Assembly: GCA_964200185.2 (NCBI GenBank)
Contig: CAXNAD020000040.1
Coordinates: 1 to 37,254, forward strand
Reading direction: 5' to 3'
Length of the DNA: 37,254 bases
Origin: Choristocarpus tenellus KU-1152
Taxonomy: Eukaryota > Protista > Phaeophyceae
The position numbers were made by a program, and so were the translations under genes. The notes beneath the pieces are model-generated. The model had not been told where the DNA came from. It ran no database searches and saw nothing but the letters and a program-made list of their open reading frames with translations. Positions 11,560 to 25,500 of this stretch are shown here, piece after piece. Every line of letters starts with the position of its first letter. Position 1 is the first letter of the stretch.

Positions 11560-12830
11560 ACTTTAGAGAAGATAATGGAGGTAGCAGATTCAGCTGGACT
11601 CACTGACTTCTTCAATGGGATGTGTAAAGATGGGTCTTTTCGCCTGGAAACTTACCAACAAGTACAGGCACAGATGCCCACAAGTTCAGGGGGTTTAGGC
11701 CTATCCTCAATGAAACATTGCCAGCATGAAGCATTTGCAGGATCATGGTGGTCACTCTCCCCACCTTTTTTTTAGCAACGCAACAAGGGCCCCATGGAGA
11801 AGTTTTCACACAAGCCATCTACATGAGCCCCACAGTTCGGGCCCTGGGATCATTCATCACAACCTCCTCTTAGCAGGAGTCCCTGCGGAAGACATGGTGG
11901 GAATTATTGGCCAAAGCTGGGTAGCCTGTGGAGGAAGAAAAAAAGCCTACCCCTGTCCCAGACGTCCACACTCAAGCAACCCAGAATGCCAGGATCACAA
12001 TGAGGGCACAACATGAGATCACCTACCTCCTGGACAGGATCCACTTGGACTCTTCCAAGATGATGTAGAACAAGGGAGGGAAAGTTCTTGCTAGCCCTGT
12101 CCCGGCACTGGAGCAGGTATGGACAAGGGGAAAATGTATAGGCCTACACACAAGCTCAGGGACCAGCACGCCAGATCCCTCCCATAGAGTTTAGATTCAC
12201 TGCCAGCAGATCTCTAGGGAGGGAGAGGCTCTATTCAACAGGAGCAGGAGGCATAATGTCGATACCTGACATGCTCATATCTGCCCCAGGGCAGGGAGAC
12301 AGGTCATGCCAACATACGCCGATGGTTAAGGGTCTAGGTCAACCCTGCAAGGGAGTGGGCATCCCTTGCACTATGGAGATGGTGGCCCATTCACAGTAGA
12401 CAGGAATTTCTGCATGGACTTGGTTTTCCATGCTGGAGCACTTGCGTACGCTGGATCAGCTCCCTACCGGAACAAAGGCCTCCTCCTGGATGTTATGTTT
12501 CCAGAAGTGCAAGACCATCCCATCTACCATATTCGTCCACCAGCAATGGTGTAGCTGCTGCTGCAGCTTAGGCGCGAAAGCGCACCCACCACGAGGGTTC
12601 TTTTGGCCCTTGTAGTTTTATCCTCAGCACCTTCACGGTGGAAAGTTTTGGGCGCATTGGCAGGAAAGCAGAAATTTTTCTGAATGAGTTGGCTACACAC
12701 GCAGTCGGGGGGAGAGGAGCGGGAGGTTATAGGACGAAAGGAGCGGTCAAATCCGGTTTATGATAGATAGTGTCTGCCACAACAAAAGTGATCTTGCGTT
12801 TTAATCTGGAGATACCAGGCAGATATTCAC
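11560..12830 (+). mobile_element. 5'-truncated non-LTR retrotransposon with restriction-like endonuclease (CRE-like)
   Basis: QAQMPTSSGGLGL..AFAGSW (end of RT), HAHICPRAG (Zn motif, ~12270), MDLVF..LLLDV and FTVESFGRIG..FLNELA (RLE C-terminus, ~12632). Confidence 0.75.
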
Positions 12831-15275
12831 GGAAGGACCTATCAGATTATTGGGGTGCTTCCCTAGCTCCTCGTCCAGTTGTGTAAGGCTAAGCTAGGTT
12901 GCAGGCATAGCAGATAGTAGCAGTGTAGACGAAACATTGTAATTACCAAGCTGAAAGAGTGTCTTTCAGTATAGTTGGTATTCAAATAGGAAATGGATTT
13001 TAGGGAGATGTTTTTCACATTATTTACAGTCATGTTTATTAATGGGATTGTTAACATATTGGTTTGGTTTTTGCTTACGACATGTGTGAGAGCCATCTTC
13101 CACAGAAGGTATACCCTGAAGGTAACCTATCTTGAAGATTCTGATATTCATATGGCATTTGTTCTTGCATGTTGAAGGTAACATCTGTTTCAAGTAAGAT
13201 TGGCTGGTTTGAAGGGGCCTTGCCAAACCCCCCTCATTCAGTTACCACTTGTGCACTCCTTTCCCGAGTGATCTTGAGAGGGATTGCTCTACCTTTTGTC
13301 TCTCTCTTTGACCTTGCCTCCTGTGGGTCTTCCCACTCCCCTTCATTACGAAGAACCTGTTGGCTTGTTTCCATCTGTTTTACACGTGTGGAAAATGTCA
13401 CACCACAAAATACCTCAATATAATTCTGTTCACCAAACATTCTCGATTTCAATATTTTCCCCCACACTACCTTGTACCTCTCACTCCTATACACATACAC
13501 GTTCTAAAATTCATGTCTGACTCTCCTTTCTATAAATCATGTATTCCAAAAAATGTATGGATCTTTGTAGGTAATATGTGTGTTGTGATATTCAATTCGA
13601 ACCATTCTCAACAAATTCACTCTCATAAATGAAGGTTTAAGTTTACTTTTCATGCATGATTTACGTACGTTCGGAATTTATCTCTTCATTCTGTTCCAAT
13701 TCAAACTCACCACCGTCTAGTAATAACCACACAGTTCCAACTCTCTCAATTGAAATACAATATACAATCCGAAATTTTCCTATGTATAGAAGAACCCTGT
13801 ACCCATCCATCCCTGCATTATATCAAAATGGTAAATCAACGTAAGTATATTTAGCAGGTCACCCTTCCAACAAATCAATCTGTCAACAGCAAATTCACAC
13901 CATAAATGAAGTCAATACCTAATCCAACATGTACTGGACAAAATATCACCTCTAGTAATAATCTGATAACGGAATAGAACCAGTAGGTTGACTACAGTTT
14001 TGAGCTTGTGCCCCATATTCCAGTCCTGAGTCGAAAATATTGAAAAATATGAGAACATAGTTGTCGGTGGGAGAATCGCCCACCCCCCGCACCTCACTCT
14101 TCTCAGCTACAACCAACACAACCTACAGGAAACAACAATTACACACAAACGACTCACTACTCTAGTCATCCCACATTTGACATCTCATATTCACATTTGC
14201 TGAAAACTACATATATTTTTTCCAAGTAACCCTGAACGGGCAGCCAGTGACCCCCTGTAAAATGATATGACTCCAAGATCATACTGTGTGTACCTATCTC
14301 CTTCCACCTTATTCTTGTCCATGTTAGTTGATAAGCATGGAGTGAAGTAGTTGAAGGATAGTACCCATTTTGCTTTTCTTCCAAGAGCAAAGTGTACTTG
14401 GTACTTTGGTTCGTCAATACTTAACTTTAAGTGACTTTGGTGATCCCCGGCACTTTTTCAGAGATAAAGGTTGGTTGTGTACAAGTTATTATCTAATACT
14501 CAAAACGAAGTGAGCTGCTCTTGCTCATGAAGGCAATCTTTACCTTAACTAGTTTGTCATCAACTTTTCTCCCTTTTGGCCGTTGCCTCTCACTCACTCT
14601 TTATCCTATATCTTGTTCCTCCCACCTCTTCTTACATCCACTTCACCATAATACATGCCAATTATACCATGCACTATCACACAAAGTGTTTCTAGCACAA
14701 GCCACAATCCGCTGATTAACACTCCCATGCTCTTGACACACAGGGTGATATCAACACCTATCACTACCACTGGTGATGAGAATGAACACCATCACACGGT
14801 CAATAACAAAATCGCGTACCACTGTTTGACACACACCCCTGCTCTTGATACCCAGATGTCGACAATAGTTCTATCACAGTTCACTAACACACATCCCTAA
14901 ACCTAATACACAGTCCCCAACACTCAGTCTCAATTCTCAGACTCTTTGTCTTTGTTTTGTTTCTAAGAAATGAAATCCGGTCATCAACTATGTTCCTCTC
15001 GACTTGCCCTCCTGCATAGCAGTATACACAAATCTTCAAATACACATAAAATGTGAAGGAATCAACTCCTGGAAAACTTCAGCAGGGAGCCAACAGCTAA
15101 GACATAAAAATATGACCTTTTAAAAAAAATATTGTATAAAAATAAAATGTTTGTTCACTGACCAATTTCATCGTTGCCTGTTTCTGTGTTGCTAACTATT
15201 CCTCTCATTTGTTTGATAGATCACAGTGCCAACTGTTGGTGACCACGTGTGGTGAAGTATCAACTAAATGCTTAC

Positions 15276-17050
15276 CATGACAACATGGACCTGAGTAAAG
15301 AAATTTATGTCACAGGTCCCTCCACCCCTCAAGTACTCTGACTACACTGTGTGAGTACCTCCAGTGCAGAGTTGGCCTGGACAACTATCCTTATCTAGGG
15401 AAAAGGATGTTTTCTCAAAAACAAAGGTAAACAAGGAATATAGCGAGCAGGGGAAGTCAGCTGCATGCAGGAAATTGGTATTTTAATGTGACATGCAATT
15501 AGTCTCCTGGCATCAACACATGGAACTCATCAATAGAGCTTCATCAGTTCACAGGTTATCACAAAATCAGAAATGTTTTTTGTAAGTTCCAAGTTTTGTG
15601 TGTTTTTTTCAATTTGATTACATTACCTGTCTCTACAAGTTCAAGTGGCAAGGGATTGTCTCTAGTTGCCATTGATAGTGTCTGCTTTGGCTGCAGTACT
15701 GTTTACATAAGAATATATTCAACTTGGAATCAGCAAAAGCAATTAGGAAAATATTCATCTCTGAATATACTTGAGTTATAAAAGAACAAAGCCATGTACT
15801 CCCTCTGTCGCATTAGTGCATGATGTTACAAATTTTCATATTTTTGACTGTTCACGAATACCTATACTTTCCCAGTGATCTATGGATCAAGTCAAAGCTT
15901 TGGATATAATTGTTAAGTTGGGATTCTTGGTTTTCGCATTTTGTTCTGAAATAATTCTGAATAGGTTCCGACAAGTGGAACTATAAAAAAGTCATTTTCA
16001 GACATTTTCAGTGTCTGTGCTGCTCCCGGCCGGGGGTACAACTCCATCCCATTGTCATACATCTCACCACCCTGACAAGAGCCATATGACTCTCGCTTAG
16101 CCTCCAGAACATGTGTGATGCAAGACCCAGAGTCAAGCTGCAAGGAACCACATCACATACAGAAGTGGTCTCAAACCAATTCATATTGAGAAAACATGGT
16201 TTTACCTCATCCACAAAAGGGAGAGCATCCGCCAGGGAGGAAAGGGTGGGATCCACCACGGTACTGCTCAAGAGTCATATTCCCAAGTAATTATATTTCA
16301 ATGTTTCTAGTTGTAACGTCATGATTCAAGAGACAAATTCATACAATGTGAGTGACAAAAAAACACGCACTTTGGGGTCCTTGATAACAAATACTCCAAC
16401 AAAAAACTTGTCTAAAACAAAGAAGGACCTACATTGCCCAAGTTCAAGAAACCTTACAATAAACATATGCCAGGTTGATGACTGGGTCACTTTGTATCCC
16501 CAGAAATATAAAACCATTGATATATTTACATAAACACATTGATCAAAAACCTGGAAAAATAGAACTATGTCCATCTTGACAGGGCTATTACTATCCTGTC
16601 TCTGTGTCTGTAGAAAGGAGAATACTATTTCCTCAAATGGGAGATGTCACCCCCAAGTTGTCCCTTTCTGGGAAGAGAGGAACTACATCTCAAAAACACT
16701 AGTAAAGTGCAACAATGTAAAAATGTGAACATCAACATTTATTGCCTGCCATTGTGGTAATAGATAATAATAGAAGGGTGAATATTATTTCTTGTGAATG
16801 GGGAGAGGTTAATCCCATTTGTCCATTCCTAGGAAGAAATATGTTTGCATTCATGAGGACATTGAGTCAACCACTGCTGGGCAAACATACAAAAGAGTAC
16901 AGCACACTAGTACATGCATAGTATGAACAATAGAAATACACCTAAAAAAAACACAGTGTTGCAGTCTTCAAATCTTGATAGCATACAAGACCTTTATTAA
17001 GGGTATTGGTAAGAACAGTACCTGTGTCACTTCGGGTTCCGATTAAAATC
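15276..17050 (-). CDS. Candidate downstream small exons of gene A
   Basis: AG/GT-bounded open segments 16607-16551 (TQRQDSNSPVKMDIVLFFQ), 15394-15359 and 15290-15276 (tttactcag/gtaagc); phases could not be resolved uniquely. Confidence 0.35.
15797..15830 (+). mobile_element. Solo mariner/Stowaway-type terminus
   Basis: TA-ctccctctgtc, the same terminal motif as the element at 5691; no partner end found. Confidence 0.35.
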
Positions 17051-18062
17051 CTCTATCATGGAACAAAAAAGAACTAATGGAACAACCCTCACTACCTCAG
17101 GAAATACTACACTGAAAATTATATGAGCATGTGATGACTCCTTCAGTTTATTCCACATTATATGTGTCCTGAGTTGAACTGTTCGACCTTTGTCGTTTCC
17201 TCATCTCCAAAAATGATGATGGTGACACCTAAAACAATCATCATGGTGACAACAACATAGTCACAGCAACCTTAAGTGTGGGTTATGATGGAGTTGACAC
17301 AAGGTATATGAATCATAGTCGCAGGTTTGAAGTCAGGACAAGCCTACACAACACATTGTTCCTCAAATTACAAAATGAAACCTGAGTGTTCAGAGTACCA
17401 CATATTTTGTCCAAGTTTCTTAGAAAAAAATGAAAGAGAATCAATACATCCTTCCAACACAATCAATATAAATTGGCAGTATTTGCACAATGTAAGCACA
17501 GCGCTACGCATATTCAAATCAAGCCTGACAAGACTTTTCCTCCAAACACCTAGCACTTTCAACGTTCTTTAGTTCTAAAATAAGCAGGCAGATATTCCTC
17601 AACATTTCTTGCTAGAATTTTCTCTGTTAGCAATGCAATGCAATGCAATGTAACTTGGTATCTTCAAAAGGGAAAACTTGGCAGATGAGGGCGAAGACTC
17701 AACATAGTAATTTGGTACTCGGAAGTGGAGTAAAGTGTACTGTTAAAGCGAATATAACTAATAGCACAACAAAGAGTATTGGAAAGCCAAAACTGCTTAG
17801 CATTCATTACTGTCAAAAGGCAATATCTGAAAGAAAAGGACGAGTAAGAGGAGAGCTTCCAGAATAAATAGGAATACCCTATTATAACTAGTACTTTGCA
17901 ACAGACTTAAGTCTAATGAGGAAACCAGAAATCCATAGTGTGTGTCAGCAAGGGAGTTGATGTACTGTATGTATCACCCTCGTACACATACACCAATAAC
18001 CTATCACCCTGATAATCACACTATATAGAGACCAATATCCTGTACATGTTGTAGTACAGTAC

Positions 18063-21000
18063 CTGGAAATAGCTTCCAACGAAAGACTGCTGACGAGCGA
18101 TATCTTTACCGCCCCTCTTGCGACCAGAAAGAGGTGCCTCGCGAGGAATGCTACCGTTGCAGTTCTCCTTACCATCAAGACGTGGTGTGACTGCAATTGG
18201 TTCCTGTTTGTATAAATTGATGACATAGGAAGAATATTGCTATGTTGTAACAGTACCAGCATGTTACTGCATGCCATACATTAATGATGAACCACTATTG
18301 CACCCTAACTGGAGAGGTGCTACCTATAACAAGTCTTCTTTAGCCATGGACACCTTGCATACCTCACACCTAGCAGCTGACCTAACAAAACACAGTTTAC
18401 AATGACGGATGTTGTAGCATTGAGGCTCACCAGGTGAAATGTGTCTCACCTCCTGTGTGTTGATATCATTGCAATCTTCATTGAGCTCTTTGAGGGCAAG
18501 AACATTGGATGCTTTGACACTGCTAGAGGTATGAGGACCTAGAGGCTCGACCTGGTTCATGGAGTGCATGGTACATGGTACAAAAATTGCATCATAAATT
18601 GTAACGGTTTAGGCATGGCTTTGGGCTTACGTATCTGTCCACGTTGTACAAAACAACAGAGAGCCTAACTTGAAGTTGTCCCTTCATTTTGTGTGCTACT
18701 TGAAAAATGGTTACTACTAACAATAATGCAAAAAGTTGGTACAACTCCCTGCCATAGTTCTAAAACATAACTTTCAAATGTGGGAGATCCGATGTGTTTT
18801 TTAGTTGTACATGTGGCATAACCCTGCCTATTCATTTCTCAATTCAAATTAGGAAACCTGTTGTAGATGTAGTTGAATTGCATAGTATACTGCATTTGAG
18901 GAAGAATGCTAACATTATCTTTATCACTACCCCAAAATAGAAAACGTACCAATCAGAATGAGAGTGAATTCAATTCTAATGAACCCACATAATTGAGCAT
19001 CTAAAGGGAGATCTTCGAAGCACTTGTTTGCCTGTAAAGCCCTTTATTTCCGAGGTGTATCTCTACATAAAGCACCACATTGGATATCCTGAATCATGAA
19101 ATACCCCCATGAATCCAACCTGTTCAGGTACAGGCTGAATTTGTGACTGAAGCTCAAGGCATATTGTAGCAGCTGGTGATAATGGGTCGTCAGATGGTGA
19201 CCCCTCTGACAACGGCACAGGTGTAGAGACAGTGCTTCCTTCATTGCTAATGATTGAACATGCCTCTTGGCTGTTGGGAGCATACAGAAGGCAATATAGG
19301 GACAAAAGTTGATAGCTGTACCTCATCTATAGTAAGAATTCCAGATCAGATGTAAGCTCTTACATAGCTTGACTTTGCATCGTAGTGTGTCTTTTCAAGT
19401 GACAAAATTTGGTAACCTTGGTTTGATGTCAGCACAACAAGCACATTAAGTACAAAAACCACAAGTAATACTACAGTCTCGATAGGGACCCATATCCTCC
19501 ATTCATTTCCCTCTGTATTTCAACACAACAGAAATAACTCACCACTTTGGAGATGCCTGAGCTGGATGTTCCTTTCCATTGAACTCCTTCACATGGGGCA
19601 GCATCTGCTTCTGTACCTGTATATCAGGCACTGTTGAGGCAGCATGGCAAGACACTCCACTGCAAGGTTGTGGTGATACCTGTAGTTCTGGCTGAACCTG
19701 TGCCTGTGACTTTGGCTGTGGCTGGTTTGAATCAAAGTATTGAAGATTGGGCTGGGGATGAACAACGTATGGGTGAGGTACGGCATACACCAATATAGGT
19801 ACTTGCTGGTTTTGCTGGTCCTCTGCACCGACTAATCCCCAGTTGGCTTCTGGATCTCCCTGCATTCTATCTTGAGGTGGGTTGGAGAAACTTTGACTAG
19901 GTAACCTGGTCATTGGCATGCAGTCCCCCTGCCATGTGCAAAGAAACCATCACATCATTGTTTCATGATCAACGATCATTTGATATAGAGGATAACATTA
20001 CACCACTGTCTAAGGTGTGTTGAGATGCCTAATGGGGTCAGTATCTGTATTGTTCAAAGGCACAAACTGCATGGAAGCGCAAGCCATTGTGTGAAGCTTC
20101 GCGTTGGTGCTAGTAGGGTGTTACACAACAGGAGTGGGCATCATAGAGCAAGGATGCTGGCTATGAGCCTCACGAAAGAGATGGAATGAAAATAATTATG
20201 CACAGAGAAAATAGTGCACCAGAGTGCACTGTGAAACATGAACGATTTGGGTGTGTAAGGAAATGAGAGGGGCTTGCTATTGAAAGATGGTCGATAGATC
20301 TTGAGGTGTCTCAACTTCTTGGCCAATAATCTACAAAGAGAAGGTATTGTTTCTCCAGTCATTGTGTAAGACTGCTGGCATATGTCTTCAACAGAAAATG
20401 CCATTGTGTACAACCACACGTGACTGAAAATAGGTAGGTAGGGCTACAAACCGACCTGAGGAACTTGCTGCCGCTGCCAGTTGGGAGGTGGAAGCTGTGA
20501 GAGATGTGGAGGAACTGGTACCAAAAAGTCACTGCCATAGTGCCCCTAGAAAGACAAATTGAAGATAGTTGAGACACAGATAAGGCAAAGCGATTTTTAA
20601 CGAAAGAGGGAGAAACATTGCAATTATCGTATTTCTTCAATCGTTCTCACCTGACTTGCCTGTTGCTCTTGCTGGAAATCCGCAACATTTCCGTAAGAAT
20701 TGCATCGTTGGTGGAGATGGTGTATAAAGTATCGCGAGGTGGTCCTTTGGTGCTGCTGTTGCGAGTGAGTTGAGGCTGGGGGTTGCAGAGGAGGTATAGG
20801 CGAAGTGCGCCCATCCCTGGTGGCATCAAGCTTGTGCGGATAGGCATCCACTTGCCCATGTGGAGCCTGCTTTGAAAGGACCTAAGTAAGATAGAATTGA
20901 TGAGTTGTTGCTACTCCACGAGCAAGATATGAACTTGTCTCCAAGTGACCATCCAAACGCTGATGCAACACGGAAAAGGAAATTCAGTGCATTTATCCCC

Positions 21001-21563
21001 CATTTCATAATTTACATCTACACACGAAAGAACGATCATCACATATGCCCATATTATACAAGGAAGGGTTGCAACTAAATCGCTTGTTGTCTCCGAGGAA
21101 TTTTACACGGGTGCTAACGCGAGACAGGCCAGTCACTGATCCTATCTCCCTGCTGTTGACGACAATCCTTACATTGAAGTTTAAACCGGCCCAAAGAGGC
21201 AATGCGGTGCTACATCTTACAGAATAATCAAGACGGCTACGAAAGCGGCTGTCTCGCCTGCGATAGACATTGAGCACTAATCTCGTGGTCTGCATGAGCA
21301 AATGGGGTGTCCCTTCCGGAGTTTCTTTGACCATGGAAGGCGTGGACCGGTTGAAAAGAAGTAGTAGGGTAGACAACAGGAACATAATTCCCAGCCCCGT
21401 AGCTCTGTACTCTTCTATGGCAGTGCATAGGAGGGTGAGGGTAAGAGGGAACCATAATCTCTCCAGGGTCTCTTGACTCTGCAACTCCATCTCTCACGCC
21501 CCAAGCTGAGGTTTCTATTACTTCTTCTCCTGCATTCCATGTCATGCCCCGTTGCCGCCCCAT
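18063..21563 (-). CDS. Multi-exon gene A, Q/P/S-rich low-complexity protein of unknown function (5' part)
   Basis: Phase-consistent exons with canonical acceptors: 21563-21258 (GC donor), 20881-20651, 20494-20456, 19928-19543, 19270-19120, 18551-18450, 18203-18063, open throughout (MGRQRGMTW...VLSKQAPH...LPPPNWQRQQVPQ...GKENCNG...GSYFQ). Start codon uncertain. Confidence 0.7.
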
Positions 21564-22560
21564 CCTCCTTGAGGTAACGGAACTGGGCAACGGAACCTGG
21601 AGTGCTCGCTCACTTTCTGGTTGATGCTTGGTAATGTATGGTTCAACAACAACGGTCACAATTGGAAGGCTTTCGTGTAACTGATATATTGTCGTGAGAA
21701 ACAATAAATTCGACTCGACCTGAAACCTTCGTACATTTAATTCACTATTTCCTACATACTATTCAAATTCTAGTTTGTTCATAGCAGATATTAAAGGTGG
21801 AGTATCACCACATCCACCAACGTTCTGTATCCTACAAGAAACCTAGTACGCTGTCTTCACATTTTGTGGATGCAGAACGTATCTAGAAAATGAACCTTGA
21901 GGTGGACATAGTATCCCGTCTTTTCAAGGAGGCATGTGAAGTGGGTGAGACAACTCTCGTATTCATAGAAATGAGACACTGACTCCTTTGTGGAAGCGCT
22001 TGTGTGGAATTACAGAATTGGTTCTGAATGAACTAAGAAATTGCTACTGGTGGTGTACCCTTCGCCAAGCACTAACTGCGGCTAATGCTTTTCCACATTA
22101 CACAAACAGAATCTTCAGGCTTGAAGGGCGATCGTTATCACAGGAAGTATGATGAGGACGAAGAGAACGGAACACGCATGACATCAGAGGTGCAGTGGAG
22201 GTTGTTCTCAACATCGTTGGCAAGGGAAGGGCTAGTAACAGAGGAACAACAGCAATGCCAGCTGCAAAAACTATGGGAACGTGCGGTTGTCGGAGCTTCA
22301 GCCTTCGGTCGCAGGTGGGTCAACTTTCTCAGCATCAGTTAATTTGTACTACATATAGTCGGGACGATCTTGAGGCACCCTCATATAGATGTATTTGCTG
22401 CAATGAACATCGTAGTAGTGTCTTCTCCCCAAATTTCGAGAGTAGGAAACGATTGAACGAAAACGAGTTGGATCTTGAGAAGTGGTGCAAAATGATCTTA
22501 CAGACCTCAGAAAATGTCACGACCGATATCTCAGACATGAGGAAGTTCCCAAGTTGAACT
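20600..22560. promoter_or_regulatory. CpG-rich island over a divergent (bidirectional) promoter
   Basis: By-eye count: ~20 CpG in 22081-22560 vs ~3 in 33001-33600; covers the opposed start codons at 21563(-) and 21890(+). Confidence 0.7.
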
Positions 22561-25500
22561 CCTTAGGAAATATGTAACCTAAATTATAGAGGGAAAATAA
22601 AGTAAGTTTAGATAATGGAAATCGGTTATGATATTATGGAAGTCCTTGACTTCTGACTGTTCATTTACACCAGTTACTTCCCAAGATCCAACTCGTTTCC
22701 GTTCAAGAGTTATGCAATAGTATACATCTCAGTACAATATGCTGCGGACTTCATATTGCTTGATTATAAAAATGAAGAAGTGAACCTTTTTGGGCAGTTG
22801 AGTCCTTGGAAGTCATGAATCCACTGAGGAACTTGAACATGATGTTGGAAACGAACTATTTTTTCATATTATCATTTTATCATTTACTACTCAGTACTAA
22901 TCCCGAATATATATTTCTTATTCACTTCAGTGTGGGGGCCTGTGATCAGAGGCAATACACACTACACCTTTTCTCACACAACTGCTGAAACTATCTGTTG
23001 CACTAGAACTAATTGTACTACCTCAATTCATGCCTTACTTCTTTCACCATGGGTTCAACCTTGTCAGTGATCATTGCTCCTCTTCCTCCTCCCTCAAACC
23101 TTGTGGTTTTCCCCCCTTGATACGATTCAGGAATGGATCCTTACCATCTTGTCCTTGGCCCAGTGATTCATTAGTATACATCGTAGCAAGAGGTAGGACA
23201 TTAAAGGTGTACAAGCAGTAGTAATATTCACAAAGCAGGGAACAGCCTCCATTGATCACAATTGCTGAGACATGAGGGGATTCTCATAGGTGCATTTGGA
23301 AGCTGATAATGCCAGCAACATTTTCCAACTTGCAGCATTGCCAGAAACATGACATTGTCACATGTGGAAAGATCCTAACATAGAGTCAAAGTAAATAGGG
23401 GTAGGTAGGGTTGCATTTTAAAGATGCTAACAAATTATGTACAAATTTTGACCTTTTTGTAAATGTGTGTAGGGAATCTTCTTAATTCTAAAAAGAGTTT
23501 CAAGCAATAGAGGAATCGATTCTCTCAAGTCAATCTTAGCACTTTATCCATACAAACTCCATAGAAATAAGGGCGAATTACAAGAAGATGAAAAGAGTTG
23601 CTTAAAATGCAAAAATGGTCAAAAACCTGGGTTTCCCCCTTTTACATTGTCACGTTTGCCTCCACACCATCTCCAGAGCATGACATTGCCTTCACTCATA
23701 TCAAACCAGGCAACACCATCACACCCATCACCCGTTGTTGTCTGGTCAGGAGTAAGCCAGTCCTTTCTCTAGCAGAGGTAGAGAATTGCTTGGAGAACAT
23801 GTGCTCGGATTCAACAATAGTTGACATGGACAGAGCAATGACAAATATGCAGGTAACAAGAGTCTCACCATTTGTGATAAGTCCTCGCATGGGCCCTCAC
23901 ACTGTTGCATGTTGGAAGCTGAGGCAATTGTTTTTTTTTAGTTTTAGCCAAGATATGTTTTGAAAGAAATACACCTGCCTGCTAAAACCAAAAGAGACCA
24001 GTGATGGAGGGAAATATTTGGCATATACATTTCCACTTTAAAGTTGTGTTTTATGGCCCTGTGTCCTCACACTTCAGGAAGGTGTGCATCAACTGTCCAG
24101 AACTCTCAGGGCTTGGGATACCAACAGCTTTACCGCAACACAAACTCAAAAGGTGGACAGTTAAACCTTATTGCCAACGAATATATGTACACTACACTAC
24201 AATATTAGCAACATGAACAATTGAGCTTCATCTCACAGGAGAAAGGAAGTTGAATACATCCAAGAACCTGAGAAATATATCATGACCAAAAACATCCCCG
24301 ACTAGTTCTCAAAATTTGAGAACTGGCACTTGCAGACACGCTTTCGCTGGTCTCATTGGTTCATACAAACCTTGTTCTCACCTGTAGCAAATAAAAAAAT
24401 GTTGCCAATTTAGAATCAAAATCTTGATTGTGGCAATCTGCTCAAAATTTTGCTTCCAATTGGTCTTGGATCAACTGTACTTACTAGTTGCACATCTGGA
24501 CTGCTTAATTTTGAAGCTGTATTACGATTACCAGTGAGTTGTCACTATAGTGTAACTGCTAAATGTTACTACTGTTGACAACTAAGCCATCCCATACAAC
24601 GTGGACTACTCAGTTGTTATGTAGCACATAGGGACCCTACTGTAGTGTTTGAACTGACGATGCTCTCACGAATCAAATCTGTATGGGGGGCTGCACTTCC
24701 TGGAGTTGGAACAAAACTCTCCTACACCAGAAAAAAATCATGATCATGTTGCACTATGCCCCCCCCTTCATAACAGGATTTGCTATATGTTTACAAGTCT
24801 CCCCATGTAGATCATTTCACCTCAACATAGAAGGTTCTGTGTTTTAGTGAGGTATCTATAATCTTGTGCTCCGTTAAAGTCATAGGAAGGTTCACCATCC
24901 CCTTCATGGAGAGGATGTAGTGGGTCCTCTTGTTCCCTCCTTGTTTACATATTAAACCTTAGGAAGGCTCCACCCACAGACTCATGCTTATACAGGCCTT
25001 CTCAAATGCACCAGGTGCTAGAGATTCTGCATGGGTTTGAAGACAGTCACATGCACATCGTACAAGCTCTTGAGAATGAGGAGGAACGTCAGGTATTGGT
25101 GGAGAGTACCTGATTTTGTGTATGAGTGGTCAAACCACTGTCAATTTGAGTACTCTTCAAACCTTAATAAGGTCAATCCTCCTTATATTTGTATGTACAT
25201 TATAGCAGCAAATTAAATTCAGTGCACAGAACACCAGACATTTGGTCTAGACAGGTTGAGTCTTTGAGGGAACTGGGATACCGAGAGGCATATTTTTGGG
25301 TAGTTTGTGAGAATTGCCAAGTCTGGTGACCAAGGGTGAGACTGGGGTCTATATTTCTTTCAATTTTACATAGTAAGTCTTTGGGGTTACATACATCCTA
25401 TCTACTAATCGCTTATAAAGCATATTATTTCCTGTAGACACCATGAATCAAACACACTTGCTGTACTGTTGCTAGGATTTTCTCCTCAGTAGGCTTGTAC

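Noticed and set aside
12900-15000. Many short ORFs on both strands
   Set aside because: No recognisable motif or consistent splice pattern; probably intergenic or very old repeat
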